Below are positions 35,641-44,355 of a stretch of DNA of 64,000 nt, piece after piece (position 1 is the stretch's first letter; the number at the start of each line of letters is the position of its first letter). The translations under genes were made by a program, and so were the position numbers. Source of the stretch: Deltaproteobacteria bacterium (GTDB lineage: Bacteria; Desulfobacterota; Desulfarculia; JACQYL01); NCBI GenBank assembly GCA_016208165.1, contig JACQYL010000001.1:8099-72098 (forward strand), in the 5' to 3' direction. Below the pieces are notes generated by a model. That model was given only the letters and a program-made list of their open reading frames with translations, did no database searches and was not told the origin of the DNA.

Positions 35641-36816
35641 ATGAATCGATTTGAAAACCTTCAAGAATTAGAAATAGACACTGAATCGGCATGCTCCGAT
35701 TCCGCCCCAGAAGACGGTGGTGTTGAACCCGAGGAAGTGGAGGGAGACGAGCCCATAACACAGCCCTTCGATCCCACAAAGACGCAGATCATCACTTCAT
35801 GGCCGACGGTTAGCCTCTTGGTGACGAGGATACAAGAGGGAGAAATCGATCTGTTCCCAAGTTTTCAGAGAAAGGCGGACCTCTGGTCGCCAGCCCAGAA
35901 AAGTCGCCTGATAGAATCATTACTGCTTCGCATGCCCCTGCCCTCTTTCTATTTCGACGCCACTGACGACGAAAACTGGGTCGTAGTGGATGGACTGCAG
36001 CGTCTTTGGACGTTACAGGAGTTTCTCCTAAGCGACATGAGGCTTCATCACCTCGAGTTTTTGATTAATTACGAAAATAGCATGTTCAAAGACTTACCCC
36101 GACACCTGCAGAGACGTATCGGAGAGACGCAGGTCGTTGCGCATCTCATTCAGCCGGGCACACCACCCCAGGTAAAGTTTAACATATTTAGGCGAATCAA
36201 CACGGGTGGATTAGTTCTCTCGGCCCAAGAGATCAGGCACGCACTGAATCAAGGGAATGCACCCCAATTCCTAAAGAAACTCGCGTGCTCGAAGGCTTTC
36301 TTAGAGGCGACCCAAGGGAGCGTGCGCCCCGATCGTATGGAAGATCAGGAATTTGTACTTCGTTTCATGGCTTTCACGATCGTTCCGTACCCTCAATATA
36401 AGGTAGCAGATCTTGATGGGTTTCTGCATGAACAAATGGCTAGATTGAACACCGTCGGAAATGATGAGCTCGAAGACCTAGAGGTGAGATTTCAACGGGC
36501 TATGAGAGCATCAAGGCTGATCTTTGGAAGACAGGCCTTCAGGAAAAGCCTTAGGGATGGGGTTTCGGCCTGGAGAAATCCCATCAACAAGGCCATCTTT
36601 GAGGTCTGGTCCGTCACTCTGGGCCAACTCACTGAAGATAAATTAGAACATTTAATCCACCGAAAAGATGACGTCATCAGTAGATTTATTGAGGTTTTGA
36701 ACACTAATGACGAGTTTGTCGCCGCGGTATCTCAAGGAACTGGGGACGTAAAGAAAGTGAAGCAGCGGTTTAAAACCGTTGCCAAACTTGTAGAGGATAT
36801 CCTCAATGCAAACTAA
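35641..36816 (+). CDS. DUF262 (ParB/sulfiredoxin-like NTPase fold) protein, cassette gene A
   Basis: DLFPSFQRKADLWSPAQKSRLIESLLLRMPLPSFYFDATDDENWVVVDGLQRLWTL shows the FQR and DGQQR-type (here DGLQR) motifs of DUF262. Downstream is RRINTGGLVLSAQEIRHAL. The N-terminal 40 aa are acidic. Confidence 0.8.
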   Translation: MNRFENLQELEIDTESACSDSAPEDGGVEPEEVEGDEPITQPFDPTKTQIITSWPTVSLLVTRIQEGEIDLFPSFQRKADLWSPAQKSRLIESLLLRMPLPSFYFDATDDENWVVVDGLQRLWTLQEFLLSDMRLHHLEFLINYENSMFKDLPRHLQRRIGETQVVAHLIQPGTPPQVKFNIFRRINTGGLVLSAQEIRHALNQGNAPQFLKKLACSKAFLEATQGSVRPDRMEDQEFVLRFMAFTIVPYPQYKVADLDGFLHEQMARLNTVGNDELEDLEVRFQRAMRASRLIFGRQAFRKSLRDGVSAWRNPINKAIFEVWSVTLGQLTEDKLEHLIHRKDDVISRFIEVLNTNDEFVAAVSQGTGDVKKVKQRFKTVAKLVEDILNAN

Positions 36817-37927
36817 TCACCTGCAGGCCATCCATCTAATGAATTTTAAGTGCTTCGAAGACCAGAAGGTTTCGCTTGCTCCGATTACCCTCCTCACAGG
36901 TCTCAACGGCATGGGTAAGTCAACAGTATTACAGAGCTTGTTGCTGCTTCGACAATCGGCCATGCGGAACGTGTTGGAACACTATGGTTTGCTACTGAAC
37001 GGCGATTTGGTGAATCTGGGCAGGGCAGGCGATGTGCTGTTCGAAGGTGCTCGAGACGAGCATATTGTTCTTGAATTGACCGTTGGCGGGATGCAGGAGT
37101 CCTGGAAATTCAGGTATGAGGATCCCCATGCGGACGTGCTGATGCTGGAAGAGGGACCAAAGGTCTTGCCTGAATGGGTGGTTTTCGGCAATCGATTCCA
37201 TTATTTGGCGGCTGAGCGCATGGGGCCACGAGAAATCTACGAGATCTCTGCCTACTATGTTCGCAAATTGCGACAATTGGGCGCAGATGGGCGATTCGCG
37301 GTGGCCTATCTTGAAGAATACGGAAAAAGCCTGCGGTGCCTCCAAGGGTTGCTGCATCCGAAAACCTCTGACTCGACGGAGGAAAATCTTTATTCACAGG
37401 TTAACTTGTGGCTGGGAGAAATCAGTCCTGGTGCGCGATTGGAACCGATTTCCTTCCCGGACATAGGCAAGACTTCGTTGAGGGTTTCCTTTCCTTCTTC
37501 TACCAAGGGGCTAATGTCCAGACCATATTCGACGCCCAATGTCGGCTTCGGTTTCAGTTATACGCTCCCGGTTCTTGTGGCCGTTCTGTCGTCTTCTTCA
37601 GGAGATTTGGTTCTCATGGAAAATCCGGAGGCACATCTGCATCCGCAGGGACAAGTGGCGTTGGGGCGACTGTTCGCACTCGCCGCGTCTGGCGGGATAC
37701 AACTCATTGTGGAGACTCACAGTGATCATATACTGAACGGAGTACGCGTAGAAGTGAGGGATGGTTGTATTGCCAGCGAGGATGTGCGCATTCATTTTTT
37801 CCAACGGAACCAGCCTGGTGGGCAGCATTTTGTGGAGTCTCCTCGGGTGGATAAGGATGGACGAATCGATAACTGGCCGGAAGGATTTTTCGATCAAACA
37901 GAGCGTCTCCTAATGGAATTGATTTAA
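36806..37927 (+). CDS. ABC-type/AAA_15-21-like ATPase with a DUF3696-like C-terminus, cassette gene B
   Basis: IHLMNFKCFEDQKVSLAPITLLTGLNGMGKSTVLQSL (Walker A); LVLMENPEAHLHPQGQ (Walker B / D-loop type); LIVETHSDHIL (H-loop); C-terminal NWPEGFFDQ. The start overlaps gene A by 11 nt. Confidence 0.8.
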   Translation: MQTNHLQAIHLMNFKCFEDQKVSLAPITLLTGLNGMGKSTVLQSLLLLRQSAMRNVLEHYGLLLNGDLVNLGRAGDVLFEGARDEHIVLELTVGGMQESWKFRYEDPHADVLMLEEGPKVLPEWVVFGNRFHYLAAERMGPREIYEISAYYVRKLRQLGADGRFAVAYLEEYGKSLRCLQGLLHPKTSDSTEENLYSQVNLWLGEISPGARLEPISFPDIGKTSLRVSFPSSTKGLMSRPYSTPNVGFGFSYTLPVLVAVLSSSSGDLVLMENPEAHLHPQGQVALGRLFALAASGGIQLIVETHSDHILNGVRVEVRDGCIASEDVRIHFFQRNQPGGQHFVESPRVDKDGRIDNWPEGFFDQTERLLMELI

Positions 37928-37945
37928 GGCCGCAGGGTTCCCCGA

Positions 37946-38902
37946 TTGCATCAGATATTGAACGAGTTGTCTTTCCAGAAGGTCTCTACGAGCGTAAAGG
38001 ATGCCCAGGAACGCATGCATATGCTCTTGCTCGTTTTCAAGGCCGTTGCTGATTGCGGTTCTGAGAAGATCCTTCGTACCAAACGAAACCTTATGTCCGA
38101 ATTGGTTGCTTCCCAATATACTGTCTCGCACTGGCTTCAGGACAGACGCGTGAACCGGGACGAACGGTTATTATTCAAGACCGTAGCAACGAAAGCCCCT
38201 TTTGTCGAGGAACTCTGGAACAAATTGGAATCAGACGACTTGGGCCTGCACGAATTCTATTTCCAAGGTCAAAAAGCTGAGGGTTTGGGCGTGGCTTATC
38301 TTGACGATACATGTGCTCTTTCCCTTGGAGGTGATCAGAGGTTCGAACAGGATCCCATTCAAGTCGTGTATCAAGTGATGTATGCCCTAAATAGTAGATT
38401 GGGATCCGAAACTGTGGAAGTCTGCTCTTTGAGTAACTTAGACCATGTATGCCGCCGTTGCGTATGGATTGGTGAACGTGCTCAAAGACAGGTCGTCGAT
38501 GGGGTCTCACTCTGGGAGCAAAAGGAATCTCTATTTCCTCGTCTCGCGTTTCTCCCTGCAACCAAGGCGCAAATTCAACAGTTATCGGGGCGTGAACCTC
38601 ATTTCCGCCAAGTTCTTAAACATCTTTTCATACTGAACAGTGCGATGAAAAAGTGGGCTGGAGGGCCGTACAACCCGGAAGGCATCGAATGGTCCGCAGA
38701 AAGCCTGTCTACAAGGACCAGCAAGAAACTTGCGGACGCCCGCAGGTTTTCTAATTCTAACGGTAACTTCGCAGTATATAATTACCACACGAAGATTAGA
38801 GGCATCAACTGGCGCATACACTTCCATCCTGATACTGAAAAACAGATCGTGACCATAGCATACATAGGACGACATCTGCCAACAGCCAGACACGGAAAGT
38901 AA
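37946..38902 (+). CDS. Hypothetical protein, cassette gene C (no recognised family; C-terminal RelE/ParE-like signature)
   Basis: 318-aa ORF 18 nt after gene B. The start is the TTG at 37946 or the ATG at 38015. The C-terminus ..FAVYNYHTKIRGINWRIHFHPDTEKQIVTIAYIGRHLPT resembles the terminal beta-strands of RelE/ParE/HigB toxins. Confidence 0.6.
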   Translation: MHQILNELSFQKVSTSVKDAQERMHMLLLVFKAVADCGSEKILRTKRNLMSELVASQYTVSHWLQDRRVNRDERLLFKTVATKAPFVEELWNKLESDDLGLHEFYFQGQKAEGLGVAYLDDTCALSLGGDQRFEQDPIQVVYQVMYALNSRLGSETVEVCSLSNLDHVCRRCVWIGERAQRQVVDGVSLWEQKESLFPRLAFLPATKAQIQQLSGREPHFRQVLKHLFILNSAMKKWAGGPYNPEGIEWSAESLSTRTSKKLADARRFSNSNGNFAVYNYHTKIRGINWRIHFHPDTEKQIVTIAYIGRHLPTARHGK

Positions 38903-38997
38903 AAGCAGCCGACTCAAGTTCAAGACTTCCATTCTTTTTTTTGCAGAAGCGGAACAGCTATTCGGTTTCCGATTGGGATCTCAATATTTACCTGCCA

Positions 38998-39008
38998 GGA
39001 TCATGATC
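38998..39008. repeat. Right copy of the 11-bp GGATCATGATC repeat bracketing the cassette
   Basis: It is identical to 34882-34892 and sits within the 14-bp palindrome AGGATCATGATCCT. Confidence 0.4.
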
Positions 39009-39197
39009 CTTTTCTCCCCCACTGCGGCCGCATTTTTTAAATAGACGACCACCGGATTTCGTTCTATATTCAGGTACATCCTCTTCTAAAGGGAGCTCTG
39101 GAGGTTCATTCGTCGGGGAGCGGGCCTGGTGGCGCCGGCTGAGCAGGTAGGAAGTTCCCCCGGCGGACCGGGCCGATTCGAACCATGGGATGACCCT

Positions 39198-39875
39198 ATG
39201 CACGAAAGTCATGTGTCCATCGAAGTAGCGGGTGCGGGCGGCGTGTCGGGTATCGTTTCCATGCCGGGCGATTTCCGCCCGGGTACGGGGACTGCGGTGG
39301 TCCTCGCCCACGGAGCGGGCAATGACATGCACAACCCGTTGCTCGAGGCCGTGGCTTCGGGACTGGCGGATGCCGGGTATCCGGCGCTACGGTTTAATTT
39401 TCCTTACAAGGAACAGGGGCGCAAGGCCCCGGACCGCCGGGAAATCCTCGAGTCGGCCTGGCAATCCGCGTTCGAATTTATGGAAGAACACGACGAAATC
39501 AGACCGGAACGCGTGGTGGCCGCCGGAAAATCCATGGGCGGCCGCATCGCCGCCGAGATGGTGTCCGCCGGCGCACTGCCCGCGGACCGGCTCGTCTTTC
39601 TGGGATATCCGTTGCACGCGCCCGGCGAGAAAGATCGCCTGCGGGATGCCCGTCTTTATGATATTTCGGTTCCCATGCTGTTCTTCGCCGGCTCAAGGGA
39701 CTCTTTATGCGATCTGAAACTTCTCAGGAGCGTGTTGTCCAAACTGAGAGCGCCCTGGGACCTCGAGGTCATTGATGGGGGCGACCATTCCTTTAAGTTG
39801 CCCAGAGCGTCCGGGATTTCAGAAACCGATGTATTTGCCCGTATCGTGAGCAAGATGCTTGACTGGCTCACTTAG
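39198..39875 (+). CDS. Alpha/beta hydrolase (dienelactone hydrolase / KANL3-Tex30-like)
   Basis: VVLAHGAGNDMHNPLL, the nucleophile elbow GKSMGGR, and DGGDHSF (catalytic His context). I took the internal ATG at 39198 as the start. Confidence 0.75.
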   Translation: MHESHVSIEVAGAGGVSGIVSMPGDFRPGTGTAVVLAHGAGNDMHNPLLEAVASGLADAGYPALRFNFPYKEQGRKAPDRREILESAWQSAFEFMEEHDEIRPERVVAAGKSMGGRIAAEMVSAGALPADRLVFLGYPLHAPGEKDRLRDARLYDISVPMLFFAGSRDSLCDLKLLRSVLSKLRAPWDLEVIDGGDHSFKLPRASGISETDVFARIVSKMLDWLT

Positions 39876-39971
39876 GCTTTCAGCAACATCAGGCAGGTGT
39901 ATCACGGAATTTTGGCCAAGAACCCGTTCAACAAGCATCCGCCACTCAAAAGATAGGGACCACCACCCACC

Positions 39972-41066
39972 ATGCCGAATACAGACAAGAAACGTTTGAT
40001 GACCCGGTTGCTGAGCCTGACAGGAGCGTTGCTGCTGCTTTTGCTCCTGGGGCTCTGGGTGACGAGGGCGTTCAATGAAAAGATTGCGCCGGACAAAATT
40101 CCTTTGTCCGAGGCCCGCATAGGACCGGGGGATACTCCGGCGGCTGTTGAATGGACCGAAATGCCCCTGGTGGCGGAGGCTGTGGGAACGGTGAGGGCCA
40201 AACACAGCACGCTGATCGCGAGTAAACTCCTCGAACGCGTGGAAAAGGTCAATGTTTATGCAGGAGATCTAGTGAAAGCAGGGGACCTTCTGATCGAGCT
40301 GGACCGCGGGGAGCTCGAGGCCAGGAAGGCGGCGGCCCGGGCAGGCTACGAGTCCGCCAAGGCGGAAGGCATGCTCCGGTCACGGGAATTCCGTCGGGTC
40401 AGCGAACTGTTGGATCGGAAGTCCGCCAGTGAGCAGGAATTCGATCTGGCGAAAATGAAAAAGTCCGCGGCCGAAGCGAATGTCGACAGAGCGTTGGAAG
40501 AAATCCAGGTGGTGGAATCGTCTTTGAAATTTACCCGGATTCCTGCACCCGTCAACGGCAGAATTATCGAACGCATGGTGGAGCCGGGAGATATGGCCGT
40601 ACCCGGAAAAACGCTGCTCACCATGTACGATCCCGCCAATCTGCGACTCGAGGCGACGGTTCGGGAATCGCTGCTGCCGTTCATCCGCCTTGGAATGGAG
40701 CTCGATATGCGAATTGACGCCGGCGATTGCAGTTGTCGGGGCCCCGTCGAAGAAATCGTTCCCCAGGCTTCCGAGACGAGCCGCGCCTTTACGGTGAAGG
40801 TGGTCCTTCCCTATCGTGAGGGGCTTTTCCCCGGTATGTTCGGTCGGCTGTATGTACCTCACGGCGCCACCCACCGGCTCCTCGTTCCCGCATCCGCGGT
40901 CCGACGGATCGGACAGGTTGAACTCGTGGACCTGGTGCGTCCGGACGGGACGGTCGTGCGGCAGGAGGTGCAAACGGGCAGACGGTTCGGGGACCGGCTC
41001 GAGGTCCTTTCGGGAATCGAGTCTCCCGAGCCGGGAGCCCCGCTTCAGCGGGTTCTGCTGCATTGA
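39972..41066 (+). CDS. Efflux RND transporter periplasmic adaptor (MFP/HlyD family)
   Basis: N-terminal TM/signal, GDLVKAGDLLIELD (lipoyl-like), a coiled coil (ELEARKAAARAGYESAKAE...EANVDRALEE), and TRIPAPVNGRIIE. Confidence 0.85.
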   Translation: MPNTDKKRLMTRLLSLTGALLLLLLLGLWVTRAFNEKIAPDKIPLSEARIGPGDTPAAVEWTEMPLVAEAVGTVRAKHSTLIASKLLERVEKVNVYAGDLVKAGDLLIELDRGELEARKAAARAGYESAKAEGMLRSREFRRVSELLDRKSASEQEFDLAKMKKSAAEANVDRALEEIQVVESSLKFTRIPAPVNGRIIERMVEPGDMAVPGKTLLTMYDPANLRLEATVRESLLPFIRLGMELDMRIDAGDCSCRGPVEEIVPQASETSRAFTVKVVLPYREGLFPGMFGRLYVPHGATHRLLVPASAVRRIGQVELVDLVRPDGTVVRQEVQTGRRFGDRLEVLSGIESPEPGAPLQRVLLH

Positions 41067-41100
41067 TGCGAGACAGACTTTGATAACGTTGAGGTGACGA

Positions 41101-44100
41101 GTGTCTGAAGTGTCTCAGCAAAGGGATGGCGTGATCGGAGGTGTGGTCCGGGCCTTCATCAGCCGGAATCTGTCCGTTCTGCTGATCCTGTTCGCGCTGG
41201 CCGCCGGTATGGGCGCTCTCCTGATGACCCCCCGAGAGGAAGATCCCCAGATCGTAGTCCCCATGGCGGACGTGTTCGTCCGCATGCCCGGTTTCAGCGC
41301 CGGCGAGGTCGAGCGACTGGTGGCCACGCGTCTCGAAAAACTGCTCTACCAGATCGACGGAGTGGAATACGTTTACAGCATGTCCAAACCCAACCTGGCC
41401 GTGGTGACGGTTCGGTTCTATGTGGGCGAGGATCGGGAAGACAGTCTCATTCGTTTGTACAACAAGATTCAGATGAATGTGGATTTTATTCCACCGGGAG
41501 TTACGGGATGGGTCGTAAAACCGGTGGAAATAGACGACGTTCCCATTCTGTGCGCCACGTTGTTCAGCCGGCGATACAAGGAGTACGAACTCCGGCGGGT
41601 GGCGGAAGAACTGGAAATCGAGCTTCAGGCTATTCCCGATACGGGCGTAACCAGAATCGTTGGGGGACTCCGGCGCCGACTCAACGTGCGTTTGGATGCG
41701 GAGGCCATGGCCGCTCATGGTCTGCAGCCTTTGGACCTGTCCCGGGCTCTTGCGGCCGCCAACGTTACGTTAAGAGCCGGTTCGTTTGACTCGGTCAATC
41801 GGGAACAGGTTGTGGACGCGGGCGATGCACTGGCTCGTCCGGAAGACGTCATGAACCTGGTGGTGGGCGTTCACGAGAGCCGGCCGGTGTACCTCCGGGA
41901 TGTGGCGCGGGTTTCGGATGGTTCCGACGAAATCGACAGCTATACCCGTTTCGGTTTCGGACCGGCGGCGGACCCTCGATGGACCGGTTCGGACCATCAG
42001 GCTTCCCCGGGTCCTTATCCTTCGGTTACCATTGCCGTCGCCAAGAAGAAAGGCGCCAACGCCATAAGCGTCTCCCGGGCCGTTCAGGCTCGACTGGAGG
42101 AGCTCAGGAGCACGGTTCTGCCGGACGGAATGGACATCGCCATTACCCGGGATTACGGCCGGACAGCCAACGACAAGGTGAACGACTTAGTGGAATCCCT
42201 CATCGTTGCAGGGATTATCGTGGCCGGGCTGATTCTGTTTTCCATGGGGTGGCGCGAAGCCTTCATTGTAGTTACCGCGGTGCCCATAACGTTCAGTTTG
42301 TCGCTTCTGGTCAACTACCTGGCCGGCTATACCATCAATCGGGTGACCCTTTTCGCCCTGATCCTGTCTCTGGGATTGGTGGTGGACGACCCCATCACCA
42401 ATGTGGACAACATCCAGCGGCACATACGCATGCGCCTGCGCAAACCGTTGGACGCCACGATTGCCGCGGTGCAGGAGGTGTTGCCGCCGGTGATTCTTTC
42501 CACGCTGGCCATCATTGTTAGCTTCACGCCCATGTTCTTTATCACGGGCATGATGGGTCCTTACATGAGGCCCATGGCGATCAACGTGCCGTTGGCGGTG
42601 ACGTTCAGCACTGTGTGCGCCCTTACCATCGTGCCCTGGCTCAGTTATTATCTGCTGCGAAAACAGGGAGAGAGCGAGTCGGCCGAAACCGTTCCTCGAG
42701 ATGTGACGCCGGCCTGGCTGCGCAAAAGCTACAGCCGGATTATGCGTCCGTTTCTATCCTCGTCCTATTGGCGTTTCCTGCTGCTCGCCGGGACGGTGGT
42801 TCTGTTTTTCGGAGCCGTGTCTCTGGCCGCCCTAGGGCTGGTACCGCTCAAGATGCTGCCGTTCGACAACAAGAATGAGCTGCAGATCGTGGTGGACATG
42901 CCCGAAGGAACGACCCTCGAGCGCACGGCGGAAGCCACGGACGCCATAGCCGGGTATCTGCCGAGTGTACCCGAGATGACCGATTATACCACGTATGTGG
43001 GCCTTTCGAGCCCCATGGACTTTAACGGTCTGGTGCGGCACTATTATCTTCGGGAAGGCAGCAATGTGTCCGACATCCGAGTGAACCTGATCGACAAATA
43101 TCACCGCGAGCAGCAGAGTCACGCCATCGCGCTGCGGATCCGAAAGGATATCGAGCACATAGCCGAACGGTTCCATGCCAATGTTAAAATCGTGGAAATT
43201 CCGCCGGGACCGCCCGTTATCGCCACCATAACGGCCGAAATATACGGAGCGCCTTACAGCACCTACCAAGAAATGATCGAAGCCTCGGGCATGGTTCGGG
43301 ACATGATGGCCAAGGAGCCTCTGCTCGTGGATCTGGACGTTTCGGTGGAATTTCCTCAAACTCTGTATGTGTTCAAAGTGGACAAAGTGAAAGCCGCTTT
43401 GAACGGCGTTTCCACCGAGGATATTGCCCGTACGGTGCAGATGGCTCTGGGGGGAGCGGACGCCGGGGTGGTGCATCTTCCACACGAAGCGAATCCGTTC
43501 AACATCTATCTGCAACTTCCGATGGCTCGAAGATCAACGTTGCAGGACCTCAAGGCGCTTTATGTCCGGGGGAATCCGGGCGTGCCGGTGCAGATTGCCG
43601 AACTGGGTCTTTTCACGGAGTCGACCGTGGATCAGACGATCTACCATAAGAATCTCCGCCGCCTGGTGTACATTTATGGTGAATTGGCGGGCCGACCGCC
43701 GGCGGAAGCGATTTTCAGCATGCAACGGAAGCTCGAACGAAACCCCTTGCCGGAAGGATTTCAGGTCGAATGGACGGGTGAAGGAGAATGGAAGATCACG
43801 GTGGATGTGTTCAGAGATCTAGGAATCGCCTTCGCCGTTGCGTTTTTGGGTATATACATTCTCCTGGTGTACGAAACGAGGAGCTACCTGATTCCCTGCG
43901 TATTGTTGATCGCGGTGCCTCTGACCATCATCGGCATCATGCCCGGCTTCTGGCTGCTCAACGCGGTGACGGGAGGACAGGTGGGAGGTTACCCGAATCC
44001 GATTTTCTTCACGGCCACCGCGATGATCGGGACCATTGCCCTGGCGGGCATCGTGGTTCGCAACTCCGTGGTGCTGATCACCTTCATAAGGGACGAACTC

Positions 44101-44355
44101 GCCGAGGGACAGTCCCTCGAGGCCGCCATACTATCGAGCGGAGCCGTGCGCATGCGGCCCATTTTCCTGACGGCCGCGACTACGGCGCTGAGCGCCTGGC
44201 CCATAACCCTGGCCCCCATATTTTCCGGTCTGGCCTGGGCGTTGATCTTCGGGCTGTTCGTGTCAACGGCGTTCTCACTAGTAATGGTTCCCGTGGTCTA
44301 TTTCATGATATATAGGAAGCGGTTCGGAACGAGTGGAGCATACGGGGGATCGTGA
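41101..44355 (+). CDS. RND efflux permease (AcrB/AcrD/AcrF superfamily)
   Basis: 1084 aa with 12-TM RND topology. It starts FISRNLSVLLILFALAAGMGALLMTPREEDPQIVVP and has two large periplasmic loops. Confidence 0.9.
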   Translation: MSEVSQQRDGVIGGVVRAFISRNLSVLLILFALAAGMGALLMTPREEDPQIVVPMADVFVRMPGFSAGEVERLVATRLEKLLYQIDGVEYVYSMSKPNLAVVTVRFYVGEDREDSLIRLYNKIQMNVDFIPPGVTGWVVKPVEIDDVPILCATLFSRRYKEYELRRVAEELEIELQAIPDTGVTRIVGGLRRRLNVRLDAEAMAAHGLQPLDLSRALAAANVTLRAGSFDSVNREQVVDAGDALARPEDVMNLVVGVHESRPVYLRDVARVSDGSDEIDSYTRFGFGPAADPRWTGSDHQASPGPYPSVTIAVAKKKGANAISVSRAVQARLEELRSTVLPDGMDIAITRDYGRTANDKVNDLVESLIVAGIIVAGLILFSMGWREAFIVVTAVPITFSLSLLVNYLAGYTINRVTLFALILSLGLVVDDPITNVDNIQRHIRMRLRKPLDATIAAVQEVLPPVILSTLAIIVSFTPMFFITGMMGPYMRPMAINVPLAVTFSTVCALTIVPWLSYYLLRKQGESESAETVPRDVTPAWLRKSYSRIMRPFLSSSYWRFLLLAGTVVLFFGAVSLAALGLVPLKMLPFDNKNELQIVVDMPEGTTLERTAEATDAIAGYLPSVPEMTDYTTYVGLSSPMDFNGLVRHYYLREGSNVSDIRVNLIDKYHREQQSHAIALRIRKDIEHIAERFHANVKIVEIPPGPPVIATITAEIYGAPYSTYQEMIEASGMVRDMMAKEPLLVDLDVSVEFPQTLYVFKVDKVKAALNGVSTEDIARTVQMALGGADAGVVHLPHEANPFNIYLQLPMARRSTLQDLKALYVRGNPGVPVQIAELGLFTESTVDQTIYHKNLRRLVYIYGELAGRPPAEAIFSMQRKLERNPLPEGFQVEWTGEGEWKITVDVFRDLGIAFAVAFLGIYILLVYETRSYLIPCVLLIAVPLTIIGIMPGFWLLNAVTGGQVGGYPNPIFFTATAMIGTIALAGIVVRNSVVLITFIRDELAEGQSLEAAILSSGAVRMRPIFLTAATTALSAWPITLAPIFSGLAWALIFGLFVSTAFSLVMVPVVYFMIYRKRFGTSGAYGGS

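Noticed and set aside
39140-39195. A GGTTCGAATC string (minus strand) resembling a tRNA T-loop near the right edge of the cassette, considered as a possible tRNA-fragment att site
   Set aside because: The flanking bases do not form a T-stem or acceptor stem, and the string lies within the upstream extension of the hydrolase ORF. It is not a tRNA or a credible tRNA remnant.
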